Source of the DNA: Planctomycetota bacterium
GTDB taxonomy: Bacteria; Planctomycetota; UBA1135; UBA2386
DNA: 64,000 nt
Direction: 5' to 3'
NCBI GenBank assembly: GCA_046290465.1
Contig: JBKAGP010000001.1
Coordinates: forward strand, 2,496,001 to 2,560,000
A program made the translations under genes and the position numbers. Shown piece after piece: positions 28,741-41,489 of the stretch. Below the pieces are notes generated by a model that did not search any database, had not been told where the DNA came from, and worked only from the letters and a program-made list of their open reading frames with translations. Each line of letters starts with the position of its first letter. The first letter of the stretch is position 1.

Positions 28741-28977
28741 CTTCTGGCGCCGACCATCCGGCGCTGTCCTGACCTATGCGCGCGTTGCCGAGTCGGTAAC
28801 CAACGGAGCGGATGCGCACACCGGGAGCGCGGGATGACACGCCCCACCGACCCGCCTGCACGCCGTCTCATCCGGGGATCCGACGGGCCCCCGATGCCAC
28901 CGACGCATGCGACCAAGGCCGTTGCTTCGCCGCGGCTTGCGCCGACCTCGGCCCTTGCGGGCTTGTATAGTTGCGTG

Positions 28978-29069
28978 GTGCGGCGCGCTCTCCCGTGCGC
29001 CGCATGCCTCGTGTGGCTTCGTTGTGTGGTGGGGGGATCGGACCTGCGAGGGTCCGGTCCCCACTTTTC
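28978..29069 (+). ncRNA. Candidate small RNA (two hairpins, intrinsic terminator)
   Basis: TATAGT at 28966-28971; 11-bp stem with UCUCCC loop at 28978-29005; GCGA-tetraloop stem at 29029-29064 followed by TTTT. G-U pairs form only on the + strand. Confidence 0.55.
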
Positions 29070-29092
29070 TCGGGGTCGGCCCCGACGCGTCG

Positions 29093-29179
29093 CTAGCGGG
29101 CAAAGCCCCGTCCGCACGCGTACACGCCGCTTCCGCGATCACGGTTGGCAGCGCGTCCACTACCTGGACGCGCTCCTAG
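29093..29179 (-). repeat. 87-bp CTAG-bounded REP/MITE-like element, copy B
   Basis: 84/87 identical (hand alignment) to 40519-40605 in inverted orientation. Confidence 0.92.
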
Positions 29180-30705
29180 CGGCCCATGCGCAGCGCCACC
29201 TCGCCGGTGACCATCAGCGACGACAGCTCGCGCTGCTGCGGTTCTGCTCCGGCAAGCTCGACCCGCAGCGACACGTCGAAGCGGCCGCAGTGCGGCAGCG
29301 CCAGCACGCACGGCTCGTCGGCGGCACAGGCCACGTCGACTCCGCCGCCGAGGTTGCTGGTGACGCGCCAGACCTTGCCCATGCTCGGCGGCTCCACGAG
29401 CAGCGACGCGTCGCCGCCGCGCCACGCCGGCAGCACCAGCTTGGACGGCATCGCCTCCCGCCAGGTCACGTTGCGCCCGGCGTGGCCGCGCGCACGCAGC
29501 GCGAGTTCGACGCCGTCTGCCGCCGGCAGGCCGACCGAGAACGCGCCTGCCGCGCCGGTCTCGGCGATGCAGACGCCGCGCAGGTCCAGGTATGGCGGCA
29601 GCAGGCGCAGTGACCGCGGTCCGTCGAGACGCTGGCCCGGCACCCGCGCGAACACCGCGGCACCGGCGATCGGCGCGCCGGCGTCGTCGACGACGATGCC
29701 CTGCTGGGTCCGTTCGCCGAACGACATGCGCAAGAGCGCGCGGGTCGGCTGCTCGGACAGCGAAACCTCGGTCGGCGCCGCGACCGCTGCCAGCGGATGG
29801 CGCACGACGATCCGCGCGTCGCCGTGCTGCGGCAGGTCCTCGATCGCGACCTTGCCGGCTGCGTCGATCGGGTAGCCGTCGGTCAACAGCTGCGCGAAGA
29901 ACGGCCACTGCGACAGCCCGGACGACACGGCCTTGGCCCCGGGCACCACGTAGGCGCGCGCCCGTTCGATCTCGACGGCGCGCGCCGCGACCTGCACGAA
30001 CACGGTCGACGCCGGCTGCAGCACCGCGGTCAACGGCTCGACGCCGCGGTCGACGGTGATCGCCTGCCACTTGCTGGCGTGGCCCGGCGCGCGCACCACG
30101 AACGGCACCCCGTCACCGGCCGGCACGTCGGCCTCGAACGCGCCGGTGTCGTCGGTGGCGAACGCGCGCTCGGCACCGTCCACCTCGCGCTCGCCGAACC
30201 ACACCGACGCGCCCACCAGCGGCTGCTGCGCCGCGTCGAGCACGGTGCCGCGCACGACGATGCGGGCCCCCACGCGGGCGGCGGTCTGGCCCACCGGGTC
30301 GAGCGCGAGCTGGCGCAGCAGCTGCCGGCCCTCGTGCTCGATCGCGAGCAGCGCCAGGCCACGACCGGGGCGCGCGACGTCGTAGCCGGAGTCGACGCCG
30401 GCGACGATGCGCGCCGGCAGCAGCGCGCCGTCGGCGCCTTCGGCCAGCGCCGGCTCGGCCGGCGGCGCGACGAACCGTTCGCGCGACGTGACCTGCACGT
30501 GGACCACCGGCGCATCCAATGGCACCGCGCCTTCGAAGCGAGGCGGGTCGGGTGGCTGCGGCGCGCCGGCCTGCGACCGCGGCTGCTGCGGGTCGCCGCC
30601 AGCGGGAGGCGCGACGACGTCGCCGCGATGGGTGGACCAGATCCACGCTGCCACCGCGGCAACGGTGCACCCGAGCAGCAGGAACAGTACGGTGCTTCGT
30701 TGCAT
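29176..30705 (-). CDS. Membrane-anchored protein with carboxypeptidase-regulatory-like (beta-sandwich) repeats
   Basis: N-terminal TM; repeated G.V.D..G.P..GA.V...TD..G.F...L.VRA.GHA motifs. Confidence 0.75.
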   Translation of the reverse strand: MQRSTVLFLLLGCTVAAVAAWIWSTHRGDVVAPPAGGDPQQPRSQAGAPQPPDPPRFEGAVPLDAPVVHVQVTSRERFVAPPAEPALAEGADGALLPARIVAGVDSGYDVARPGRGLALLAIEHEGRQLLRQLALDPVGQTAARVGARIVVRGTVLDAAQQPLVGASVWFGEREVDGAERAFATDDTGAFEADVPAGDGVPFVVRAPGHASKWQAITVDRGVEPLTAVLQPASTVFVQVAARAVEIERARAYVVPGAKAVSSGLSQWPFFAQLLTDGYPIDAAGKVAIEDLPQHGDARIVVRHPLAAVAAPTEVSLSEQPTRALLRMSFGERTQQGIVVDDAGAPIAGAAVFARVPGQRLDGPRSLRLLPPYLDLRGVCIAETGAAGAFSVGLPAADGVELALRARGHAGRNVTWREAMPSKLVLPAWRGGDASLLVEPPSMGKVWRVTSNLGGGVDVACAADEPCVLALPHCGRFDVSLRVELAGAEPQQRELSSLMVTGEVALRMGR

Positions 30706-30747
30706 CAAGTCCGGACGAAGGATACCGCCGGATCGTCCAACCTGCGC

Positions 30748-31827
30748 ATGCCCCTGCCGATCGCCATCGACTATCGCCCCGCGCTGCTGTCGCGCGCCGG
30801 CATCGGCCGCGCCACCCGCGAACTGGCCAACGCGCTCGCGCAGGTCGACGACGTCGCGCTGCACCTGTTCGGCCACAGCCTCGCGCGGGCCCGGGTCGCG
30901 CTGGACGTGCCCGGACGTGCGCGGCTGCACCGGCTGCCGATCGCCGGACGCGTGCTGCCGACCCTCCGCCGCTTCGGCGTCGGCGCCGAACGGCTCGCCG
31001 GCAACGCGCGGTTGTTCCACTGGACCGACTACGTGCAGCCGCCGGTCGGCCATGCCAGAACGGTGCTGACGGTGCACGACCTGGCGTTCGTGCGCGATCC
31101 GCGCTGGCACGGCGCCGACGCCGCCACGCTGCGCGAACGCACGCGTGGCGCGATCGCGGCGGCCACCGCGCTGACCGCGCCGACCGCGGCGACCGCGGCC
31201 GACGTGCGCGCGTTCGCCCCGGACGCGCCACCGCCGCGGGTGATCCCGTGGGGCGCCGACCACGTGCCGACGACGGAGCTGCCGCGGCCGTTCGCCGGCG
31301 ACTACGCGCTGTGCGTCGGCACGATCGAGCCGCGCAAGAACCACCTCGGGCTGTTGCGCGCGTGGCGCGAACTGCGGTCGAGCAGACCGCACCTGATCGT
31401 GGTCGGCGCGGTCGGCTGGGAGTGCGACGAGATCGTGGCCGCGATGCAGCAGGCCGAACGCGAAGGGCTGCTGACCTGGCTGCGCCACGCCGACGACGCG
31501 ACGCTGTGGGCGCTGCTGCAGCACGCGCGCGCGCTGCTCTACCCGGCGCTGTGGGAGGGCTTCGGCTTCCCGCCGCTCGAGGCGATGGCGCTCGGCGTGC
31601 CGGTGGTCGCCCACGACGCGGCGCCGCTGCGCGAGGTCTTTGGCGACGCGGTGCAGTTCGCCGACGCCACCGACCACGCCGCGCTGGCCGCCGCGATCGA
31701 CGCGGTGCTGTTCGACCAGGACCTGCGCGAACGCCATCGCCGCGCCGGCCGGGCGCGCGCGGCAGGGTTCACGTGGCGCGCCTGCGCCGAAGCCCACGCG
31801 CAGCTCTACCGCGAGGTGCTGGCGTGA
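30748..31827 (+). CDS. Glycosyltransferase family 4 (GT-B)
   Basis: GIGR, LTVHDL, VGTIEPRKN, EGFGFPPLEAM. Confidence 0.92.
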   Translation: MPLPIAIDYRPALLSRAGIGRATRELANALAQVDDVALHLFGHSLARARVALDVPGRARLHRLPIAGRVLPTLRRFGVGAERLAGNARLFHWTDYVQPPVGHARTVLTVHDLAFVRDPRWHGADAATLRERTRGAIAAATALTAPTAATAADVRAFAPDAPPPRVIPWGADHVPTTELPRPFAGDYALCVGTIEPRKNHLGLLRAWRELRSSRPHLIVVGAVGWECDEIVAAMQQAEREGLLTWLRHADDATLWALLQHARALLYPALWEGFGFPPLEAMALGVPVVAHDAAPLREVFGDAVQFADATDHAALAAAIDAVLFDQDLRERHRRAGRARAAGFTWRACAEAHAQLYREVLA

Positions 31828-32822
31828 CCGTGATCGCGTTCGACGGCGTCTGCTTCGGCGACGGCCCGATCACCGGCGTCGGCCGCGCGTTCGTCGACGG
31901 CGTGCGCGCCTACGCCGCGCGCCGCGAACACGAGTGCGTGCTGCTGGTCCCCGCAGGCGCCGCGGTCGACGAGATCGCCGACCTGCGCTGCGTGCCGGCG
32001 CCGCGCGGTCGCTGGCAACGGCAGCGGCTCCTGCCCCGCCTGCTGCGCGAGCTGCGCGCCGACCTGCTGCACAGCTCGGTCGCCGCGGTGCCGCTGCGCG
32101 CGCCGTGTCCGACGATCGCGACCGTGCACGACCTGCCGTGGCTGCACCCAGAGGCCGACGAACGCACCACGTGGTGGCGCCGGTTCGCGACCGTGCGTTC
32201 GCTGCGCGCCGCCGCCCGCGTGCTGGCGCCCTCGACGATGACGATGCGCGACGCACAGCAGCTGGTCGGCGACCGCGGCCCCGCGGTCGAGCTGGTGCCG
32301 CACGGCACCCACCTGCCGACCACGCCGCCGCCGACCGAACACGAACGGCGCGGACCGTTCGTCGTGCTCGGCGACGACCGGCCGCGCAAGAACCGCGCGC
32401 GCGTCGCCGCGGCCCACCGCCTGCTCGCCGGCCTCGGCGTGCCGACCCCGGGGCTGCGCTTCGTCGGCCCGCCGGACGACTACGTCACCGAAGCCGACAA
32501 GCAGCAGCTGCTGCGCAGCTGCCGCGCGGTCGTGCACGCGGCGCGCTTCGAGGGCTTCGGCCTGCCGGTGCTCGAGGCGCTGGCGCACGGCGCGCCGCTG
32601 GTCTGCTCCGACCTGCCGCCGCTGCGCGAGATCGCCGGCGACGTCGCACACTACGTCGACCCCGACGACCCCGGCTCGATCACCGAAGGCCTGGCGACCG
32701 TGCACGGCGACCATGCGCTGCGCGCGCGGCAGGTCGAGGCGGGCCCGCGCCGCGCCTCGCTGTTCCGACCGGAGCGCACCGCCGAACACTGGCGGCGCAT
32801 CCACGCGGAGGTGCTCGGGTGA
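31824..32822 (+). CDS. Glycosyltransferase family 4 (GT-B)
   Basis: TGVGR, TVHDL, PRKN, EGFGLPVLEAL; GTGA overlap with upstream gene. Confidence 0.9.
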   Translation: MTVIAFDGVCFGDGPITGVGRAFVDGVRAYAARREHECVLLVPAGAAVDEIADLRCVPAPRGRWQRQRLLPRLLRELRADLLHSSVAAVPLRAPCPTIATVHDLPWLHPEADERTTWWRRFATVRSLRAAARVLAPSTMTMRDAQQLVGDRGPAVELVPHGTHLPTTPPPTEHERRGPFVVLGDDRPRKNRARVAAAHRLLAGLGVPTPGLRFVGPPDDYVTEADKQQLLRSCRAVVHAARFEGFGLPVLEALAHGAPLVCSDLPPLREIAGDVAHYVDPDDPGSITEGLATVHGDHALRARQVEAGPRRASLFRPERTAEHWRRIHAEVLG

Positions 32823-32824
32823 GC

Positions 32825-33892
32825 ATGCACGTGGTCGTCGCGGGCTGGCTGCTCGGCCCCCACTCCGGCGCCAACCGCCGGCTGCTCGGGTTGCTGGGCG
32901 CGGCCCACGAGTGGCTCGCCGACGACGAGCGCATCACGGTGCTGCACGGCCCGGACTTCGCGCCGCCGGCCGACCTGCGGCGCATCGACTGGCGCGCGGT
33001 CGCGATCCCGGCCGGTCCGACGGTCCGGCGTGCGCTGGTCGAGCAGCACACGCTGCGGCGGCTGCTACCCGAACTCTCGGCGAGCGTCTACGACCACGGC
33101 TTCCTGCCGCCGCCGCGCGTCGGCCCGCCGCTGTGCCTGACGATCCACGACGTGCGCCACGCCGACGGCTACGGCCGCTGGCCGCGCCTGCTGGCGCGCT
33201 CCGTGCTGCGCAAGGCGCTGCGCCGCACCGCCGGCGTGATCGCGGTCAGCGACTGGACGGCGTCCCGGCTGCGCGAACTGGTGCCGGGCTGCGAACCGAT
33301 CGTCGTCCCCAACGGCGTCGACGAACGCGCGCCGGGCGAACCTCCGGCCGACGTCCCTGAAAACGGCTACGTGCTGCACGTCGGCCACCTCGAGCCGCGC
33401 AAGAACCTGGCGGTGGTCGTGCGTGCGCTGGCATGCATCGAGGCGCAGCGGCGACCGGAGCTGTGGCTGGTCGGCCACGACGCCGGCGAATGGCCGCGGC
33501 TGCGGGCGCTCGCCCGACGCCTCGGGGTGCACGAGCACGTCCGCCACCTCGGCGTGCTGCCCGACGAACGGCTGCCGGCGTGCTACGCCGCGGCGCGCCT
33601 GGTCGTGATGCCATCGCGCTACGAAGGCTTCGGCATGCCGGTGCTCGAGGCGCGCGTGCAGGGCACGCGGGTCGCGGTCGCCGATGCCGGTGCGCTGCCG
33701 GAGGTCGTCGGCGACGGCGCGCTGCTGCCGGCGGACGATGTCGCGGCGTGGGCCGAGGTGATCGCGGACGAGCACCGCGACGGGCCGGAGCTGGTCGAGC
33801 TGCGCGCGGCGACGGCCGCGGCGCACGGCTGGTCGGTGGCGTCGTGCCAGTGGCTCGACGCGCTGCGCCAGCTCAATTCATCGCGTTCATGA
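32825..33892 (+). CDS. Glycosyltransferase family 4 (GT-B)
   Basis: TIHD, VPNGVD, VGHLEPRKN, EGFGMPVLEA. Confidence 0.9.
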   Translation: MHVVVAGWLLGPHSGANRRLLGLLGAAHEWLADDERITVLHGPDFAPPADLRRIDWRAVAIPAGPTVRRALVEQHTLRRLLPELSASVYDHGFLPPPRVGPPLCLTIHDVRHADGYGRWPRLLARSVLRKALRRTAGVIAVSDWTASRLRELVPGCEPIVVPNGVDERAPGEPPADVPENGYVLHVGHLEPRKNLAVVVRALACIEAQRRPELWLVGHDAGEWPRLRALARRLGVHEHVRHLGVLPDERLPACYAAARLVVMPSRYEGFGMPVLEARVQGTRVAVADAGALPEVVGDGALLPADDVAAWAEVIADEHRDGPELVELRAATAAAHGWSVASCQWLDALRQLNSSRS

Positions 33893-34691
33893 TCGCGTAG
33901 ACGACGCCACCGCCGACGGCGATCACCAGCAGCACGATCAACAGCCGCTTGCCGCCGGACATCTGGTTGAGGTCGTCACCGAGCACGCCGCCGCCGCCCT
34001 GCTTCTTGGAGTACTGCAGGATCCGGCCCGAGGCCGGCTGCACGTCGTCGCCGCCGGTCCGCTTGCCGGCCGCCGCCCCCTTCTGCGGCTCGCGCGGCGC
34101 CGAACGGACCTCGACGACCGGATCGTCGCGACGCGGCGGCGGCGGCGCCTTCTGCACCTCGACGACCTCGTCCTCGAACTCGACGACGTCGCCGGCGGGT
34201 GGCGCCGGGGCCGGCGCAGGTGCCGGCGCAGGCGCAGGCTCGTCCCCGAGCAGGTCGTCGTCGTCGCCGAGCAGGTCGTCCCCGTCGTCCATCGCCGGGG
34301 CGGGCGCGGGTGCGGGCGGCGGCGCGGCGGCGAGGTCGTCCCCGCCCAGCAGGTCGTCGCCGTCGTCGAACGGATCCGCCGCGGCCGGCGTCGCCGCCTT
34401 CGAACGTCCCGGCAGCTGCCCCTCGCGGTAGACGATCACCGTCTTGCCGATCTCGATGCGGTCGCCGTCGCGCAGCATGCGGCGGTCGACCGGCTTGCCG
34501 TTGAGCAGCGTGCCGTTGCTCGAGTCCATGTCCTCGATCTCGACGACGCCGGCCTCGGCGATCAACCGCGCGTGGCGTCGCGACGCCTTGTTGTCCGCGA
34601 CCACGACGTCGCACGCGGCGACGCGGCCGAGCACCAGCCCGTCGCGCACACCGACCAGCGCGCCGTCCGACAGTTCGAGGTAGCCGCTCAC
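33873..34691 (-). CDS. FHA-domain protein with acidic Pro-rich linker and C-terminal TM
   Basis: LGR....D, ASRRHA, DMDSSNGT..NG, L.DGD.I.IG FHA signature. Confidence 0.88.
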   Translation of the reverse strand: MSGYLELSDGALVGVRDGLVLGRVAACDVVVADNKASRRHARLIAEAGVVEIEDMDSSNGTLLNGKPVDRRMLRDGDRIEIGKTVIVYREGQLPGRSKAATPAAADPFDDGDDLLGGDDLAAAPPPAPAPAPAMDDGDDLLGDDDDLLGDEPAPAPAPAPAPAPPAGDVVEFEDEVVEVQKAPPPPRRDDPVVEVRSAPREPQKGAAAGKRTGGDDVQPASGRILQYSKKQGGGGVLGDDLNQMSGGKRLLIVLLVIAVGGGVVYAIMNAMN

Positions 34692-34760
34692 CGACGCGAC
34701 CTCCGGCTCCGACCCGCACTCCAGGGAAACTGCATGCCGACCTGTATACCATCGCGGCTC

Positions 34761-35617
<857 letters not shown>

Positions 35618-35621
<4 letters not shown>

Positions 35622-36553
35622 GGTCCTGGCGCGGCCCGTTGGGCGTGACGGTGCGCCAGTGCCTGCGCGTCGTCACAATGCCGACGCTGCTGGCGACGCT
35701 CGCGGCGGTGGTCGCGCACGCCTGGGCCGAGCCCGAGCTGGTCGACGGCGCGACCGCGACCGCCGCCGCGACGCCGTGGCTGACGCTGCCGCTGTTCGTC
35801 GCGGCGGTCGGCTGCAGCCTGGCCGCCGCCCAGGCCTGGCCGACGTTCACGCAGCGCCGCGACGGCGCCGACACCGTGCGTCGGATCGCGCGCGGCCCGT
35901 TCGGCGGCCGCGGCGCGGTCATCGCCGGCGCACTCGTCGCGCAGCTGCTGCTCAGCCTGCCGCTGGCGGTCGCGCTGACGGCGTGGTTCGAGGCGCCGGT
36001 CGACGCGCGGCGGCACCGCCCGGCCGACGTGCCGTCGATGCCGATCCTCGAAGAGCCGGGCCAGTCGCTGGCATTCGAGCTGCGGCCGCCGATGCGGGCC
36101 GGGCAGATCTTGCTGCGGCCGCGCGCGTCGCTCCCGACCGGCCCCGACCCGACCTTGCTCGAGCTGACCAGCAGCGGCGAACGGCTGCACGACACGCCGA
36201 TCGCGTTCGACGAGTCGCTCGAACTGGTGCGGGTCCCCCTCGACGGCCGGCAGCTCAAGACCTTCGAGCTGACCTGCACCGCCGGTCACGTGCCGCTGCT
36301 GTTCGCCGCCGGCAGCGTCGTGTTGGTCGACGCCGAGCCGCTGCCGCGCTGGGGCAACGCCGTGCTGCTCGGGCTGCTGGCCGCCGGCACGTCGCTGCTG
36401 ACCCTGCTGCTGGCGGCGCTGATCGGTGCGGGGTCGGGCTGGCCGACGGTCGCCAGCGCGATCGGCGCGACCCAGTTCGTGCTGTGGATCGGCGGCGTCG
36501 GACCGATCGACGACGCGATCCTGGCGGTTCTGCGCGGCCAGTGGTTGTGGTGA
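35618..36553 (+). CDS. Multi-pass membrane protein, possible ABC permease partner
   Basis: Several hydrophobic helices around a soluble domain; TTG start overlaps the ATPase stop with an AGGAG RBS. Confidence 0.65.
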
Positions 36554-36628
36554 CAGTGGTGGTTGCGTCACCGCTGGGCTAGGGTTTTTCCGGCCGCGGC
36601 CGCCGCTCCTCACGCGAGGGCCGACCGC

Positions 36629-37414
36629 ATGGCGATAGCTGTATCGATGCCTTTCCTGCGCGCGACCTGCACCCTGAGCCTGTTCGGCGCCGCCCTGGCG
36701 ATGCTGCCGCCGACGGGCGAACGCCTGCGCGAGTGCGCCAGCTGGTTCTCGCGACCGGCGCGGCTGCCGTTCGCGTGGCAGGCGCTGCAGACCGCGCAGC
36801 GCAGCGGCGACGGCGCCGAGGCGTTTGCGCGCGGCCAGCAGATCCTCGACCTGGTGCCGAGCTGGACCATCGGACACTCGGGGATCGCCTACCGCTACGT
36901 GCTGACCCAGGACGACCGCGGCACCGCGGCCGAGGACGCCGAGCAGGCCCGCCGTCGGCTGGCGGTGGCGCTGGCCTGGCTCGACGGCGCGCGCACACAC
37001 GCCGGCCACCGCGAACCCGAACTGCTGCTCGCCGCGGCGTTCCTGCCGCGCATGGCGTGCCGGCAGTTCCCAGGGCTCGAACAACTGCTGCCGCCGGGCG
37101 GCGCCGCCCGCATCACCGACCGCTACTTCGCCGAGATCGAGCGGCGTTTCCCGGGCCCCGAGGCGCACGAGCAGCGCACGTTCCTGGCGCCGACGCTGGC
37201 GGCCGCGCTGCTGGAGGCCGGCCAGCGGCAGGCCGCGATCACGGTGCTGCGCGACGCGATCGAGCGGTCCCGCGAAATACGCGACCGGCAACTGGCCACC
37301 GAATGGTCCGCCCGGATCCTCGAAGCGGCGCGCCGGCTGGCCGGCGAGCCGGTCGACCTCGAGCCGGTGTTCGCGGACCCCCGCCTCGAGCCGCTGTGGC
37401 CGTATCTCCGCTGA
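36629..37414 (+). CDS. Hypothetical helical (TPR-like) protein
   Basis: Operon position, codon bias, Ala/Leu-rich helical pattern. Confidence 0.6.
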   Translation: MAIAVSMPFLRATCTLSLFGAALAMLPPTGERLRECASWFSRPARLPFAWQALQTAQRSGDGAEAFARGQQILDLVPSWTIGHSGIAYRYVLTQDDRGTAAEDAEQARRRLAVALAWLDGARTHAGHREPELLLAAAFLPRMACRQFPGLEQLLPPGGAARITDRYFAEIERRFPGPEAHEQRTFLAPTLAAALLEAGQRQAAITVLRDAIERSREIRDRQLATEWSARILEAARRLAGEPVDLEPVFADPRLEPLWPYLR

Positions 37415-37427
37415 CGCACGCGACCTG

Positions 37428-38300
37428 ATGGACATCGACGCGATCATCCAGACGATCACGGACTACCCGTATATCGGGGCAGCCGCCGTGTTCCTGCTGT
37501 GTGGTCTCGGCCTGCCGATCCCCGAGGAGATCGTGCTGCTGGCGTCGGGGTTCGTCTGCGCCAAGTTCCCCGACAAGGCGCAGCTGCTGCCGATGATGGG
37601 CTGGTGCGCGACGGCCATCATGGTCGGCGACATGATCCCGTTCCTGCTGGGGCGGATCTTCGGCGTGCGCCTGCTCAAGCTGCGCTGGCTGCGCTACTTC
37701 ATCACCAAGCAGCGGCTGGCGACGTTCGACCACTGGTTCCGCCGCCGCGGCGACCTGGTGATCGTGATCTCGCGCTTCATGCCCGGCCTGCGGGTGGTCG
37801 CGTTCTTCACCGCCGGCGCGATGAAGATGCGGATGACGCGGTTCCTGTTCCTCGACGGGCTCGGGATCGTGCTGATGGTGCCGTTGATGACCTGGATCGG
37901 CTTCCGCAGCGCCGGGTTCATCGAGGAGGCGTTCCAGACCGTGCAGAAGGTCGAGCGCGGCCTGCTGTGGGGCGGCATCGGCCTGGCCCTGGTGTTGGCC
38001 GCGTGGATCTGGTGGTGGCGGCGCCGCCGCGGCCAGCGTCAGCAGAAGGCCCTGAAGGAGGCGTTCGTGCAGCCGCGCAAGCCGGTGCAGGGGCCGCCGA
38101 CCTTCCCGGGCGGGCCGCTGCCGGACGAACTGCACGCTCCGGACGATCAGGAGCAGGCCGACCAGGAGTTGGCCGAGACCATCGAACTGCCGCCGCTGGA
38201 CCCGCCCGAGGCGCCCGCCACCGAGGCGGAATCCCCCGAGCCGACGGCCGACGACGACGGCGCTGGCACCGACGATTCGGCGCCCCCGGCCAAACCGTAG
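37428..38300 (+). CDS. DedA family membrane protein
   Basis: GLPIPEEIVLL, GD...F.LGR, SRFMPGLR...AG; acidic Pro-rich tail. Confidence 0.92.
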   Translation: MDIDAIIQTITDYPYIGAAAVFLLCGLGLPIPEEIVLLASGFVCAKFPDKAQLLPMMGWCATAIMVGDMIPFLLGRIFGVRLLKLRWLRYFITKQRLATFDHWFRRRGDLVIVISRFMPGLRVVAFFTAGAMKMRMTRFLFLDGLGIVLMVPLMTWIGFRSAGFIEEAFQTVQKVERGLLWGGIGLALVLAAWIWWWRRRRGQRQQKALKEAFVQPRKPVQGPPTFPGGPLPDELHAPDDQEQADQELAETIELPPLDPPEAPATEAESPEPTADDDGAGTDDSAPPAKP

Positions 38301-38398
38301 TTCCGCCCGGCCATCCCCGCGCTTGTTTCGGGGTAGCCACAGCCGCTATCGTGCTGGCCCCTTTTCGCGCCGGCTACAGCTCCGCCGGCGGCCATGAC

Positions 38399-40518
<2,120 letters not shown>

Positions 40519-40522
<4 letters not shown>

Positions 40523-40605
40523 GAGCGCGTCCATGTAGTGGACGCGCTGCCGACCGTGATCGCGAAAGCGGCGTGTACGCGTGCGGACGGGGCTTTGCCC
40601 GCTAG
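40519..40605 (+). repeat. 87-bp CTAG-bounded REP/MITE-like element, copy A
   Basis: CTAGGAGCGCGTCCATGTAGTGGACGCGCT...GGGGCTTTGCCCGCTAG; its first CTAG contains the hppA stop codon. Confidence 0.92.
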
Positions 40606-40905
40606 CCCGCGGCGCGCGCCCCAAAGGCGCCAGAGCCGTCGGATCGCCCCCCCGGTCCGCAAGATCTGCTCCCGGAACCGATCAGGCGGACCATTGCCGG
40701 CGACCGTGAATGGTCCGTGAATGCGGGCCGGCGGCGCCCAAAGCCCGGCGAGAAGGGGTAAAAACGGGGCCACTCGACCTTGCTCCGCAACGGTCAGGGC
40801 CCGGGCGCGGGGGCCAAATGCGGAGCGGGGGTTACCAGCCTCTGCCGCGCAGGTATCCTTCACGGAGTCGTTGTGCATCCATCCCCAAGCTCCGAGACCC
40901 GAGAG

Positions 40906-41451
40906 TTGAGTTCCAAAGCATCCGAGAGTTCGCAGAGAACCTCCCCCCAGCCTGGCGCAGCACCTGACCAGGACACCCGCGAGATGGCGCTGAAGCTCGC
41001 CGAGCGCCTCGACGAGAAGCAGGCCACCGACATCAAGATCCTCGATGTCTCCGGCCCCCTCGTGATCGCCGACTACTTCGTCGTGGCCACCGTGCAGAGC
41101 ACGCGCCAGGCGCAGTCCCTCGCCAAGGAGCTCGACATGGCTCACAAGGCGATGCGCGGTCGACGCAAGCGCAACGGCGGCAGCGAAGGGGAGGAGAGCA
41201 ACTGGGTGTTGCTCGACTTCAACGACATCGTCGTGCACCTGTTCCTGCCCGAGGCTCGCGACTACTACGGGCTCGAGAGCCTGTGGGCCGACGTGCCGCG
41301 CCTGGACTTCACGCCGACGGCGAAGCCCGACGACGCGACCGCCGGCGCCGAGGTGCGCCAGCCGACGCTCGACGGCTTCGGCGCCTTCCAGCCGCTCGAA
41401 CCCGACGCGGCCGATCCGTCGGGCGACGGCGACGACGAGCTGCCGGAGTAG
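40906..41451 (+). CDS. rsfS: Ribosome silencing factor
   Basis: KQATDIKILDV, DYFVVAT, EG....WVLLDFNDIVVHLF..EARDYYGLESLW. Start is TTG 40906 or ATG 40984. Confidence 0.92.
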   Translation: MSSKASESSQRTSPQPGAAPDQDTREMALKLAERLDEKQATDIKILDVSGPLVIADYFVVATVQSTRQAQSLAKELDMAHKAMRGRRKRNGGSEGEESNWVLLDFNDIVVHLFLPEARDYYGLESLWADVPRLDFTPTAKPDDATAGAEVRQPTLDGFGAFQPLEPDAADPSGDGDDELPE

Positions 41452-41489
41452 CGAAGCTTCCCGAACGTATCGGCGCACGAGCCGATACG

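Noticed and set aside
28774..29160. Small ORFs starting MDALPTVIA (also at 40538)
   Set aside because: They arise from the repeat element and their sequences diverge immediately outside it.
19193..29613. Very long alternative-frame ORFs (e.g. 19193-22636, 25492-29613)
   Set aside because: They are shadow ORFs of high-GC genes: Arg/Ala/Gly-rich, without motifs, and overlapping well-supported genes.
37499..38398. Apparent N-terminal extension of hppA; similar apparent fusions at 19714, 45874 and 48264
   Set aside because: These are stop-free upstream frames overlapping other real genes; the true starts are internal.
40790..40840. c-di-GMP-I riboswitch suggested by AGCGGGGGTTACC
   Set aside because: The upstream GAAA-tetraloop stem and GCAAA junction motifs are missing.
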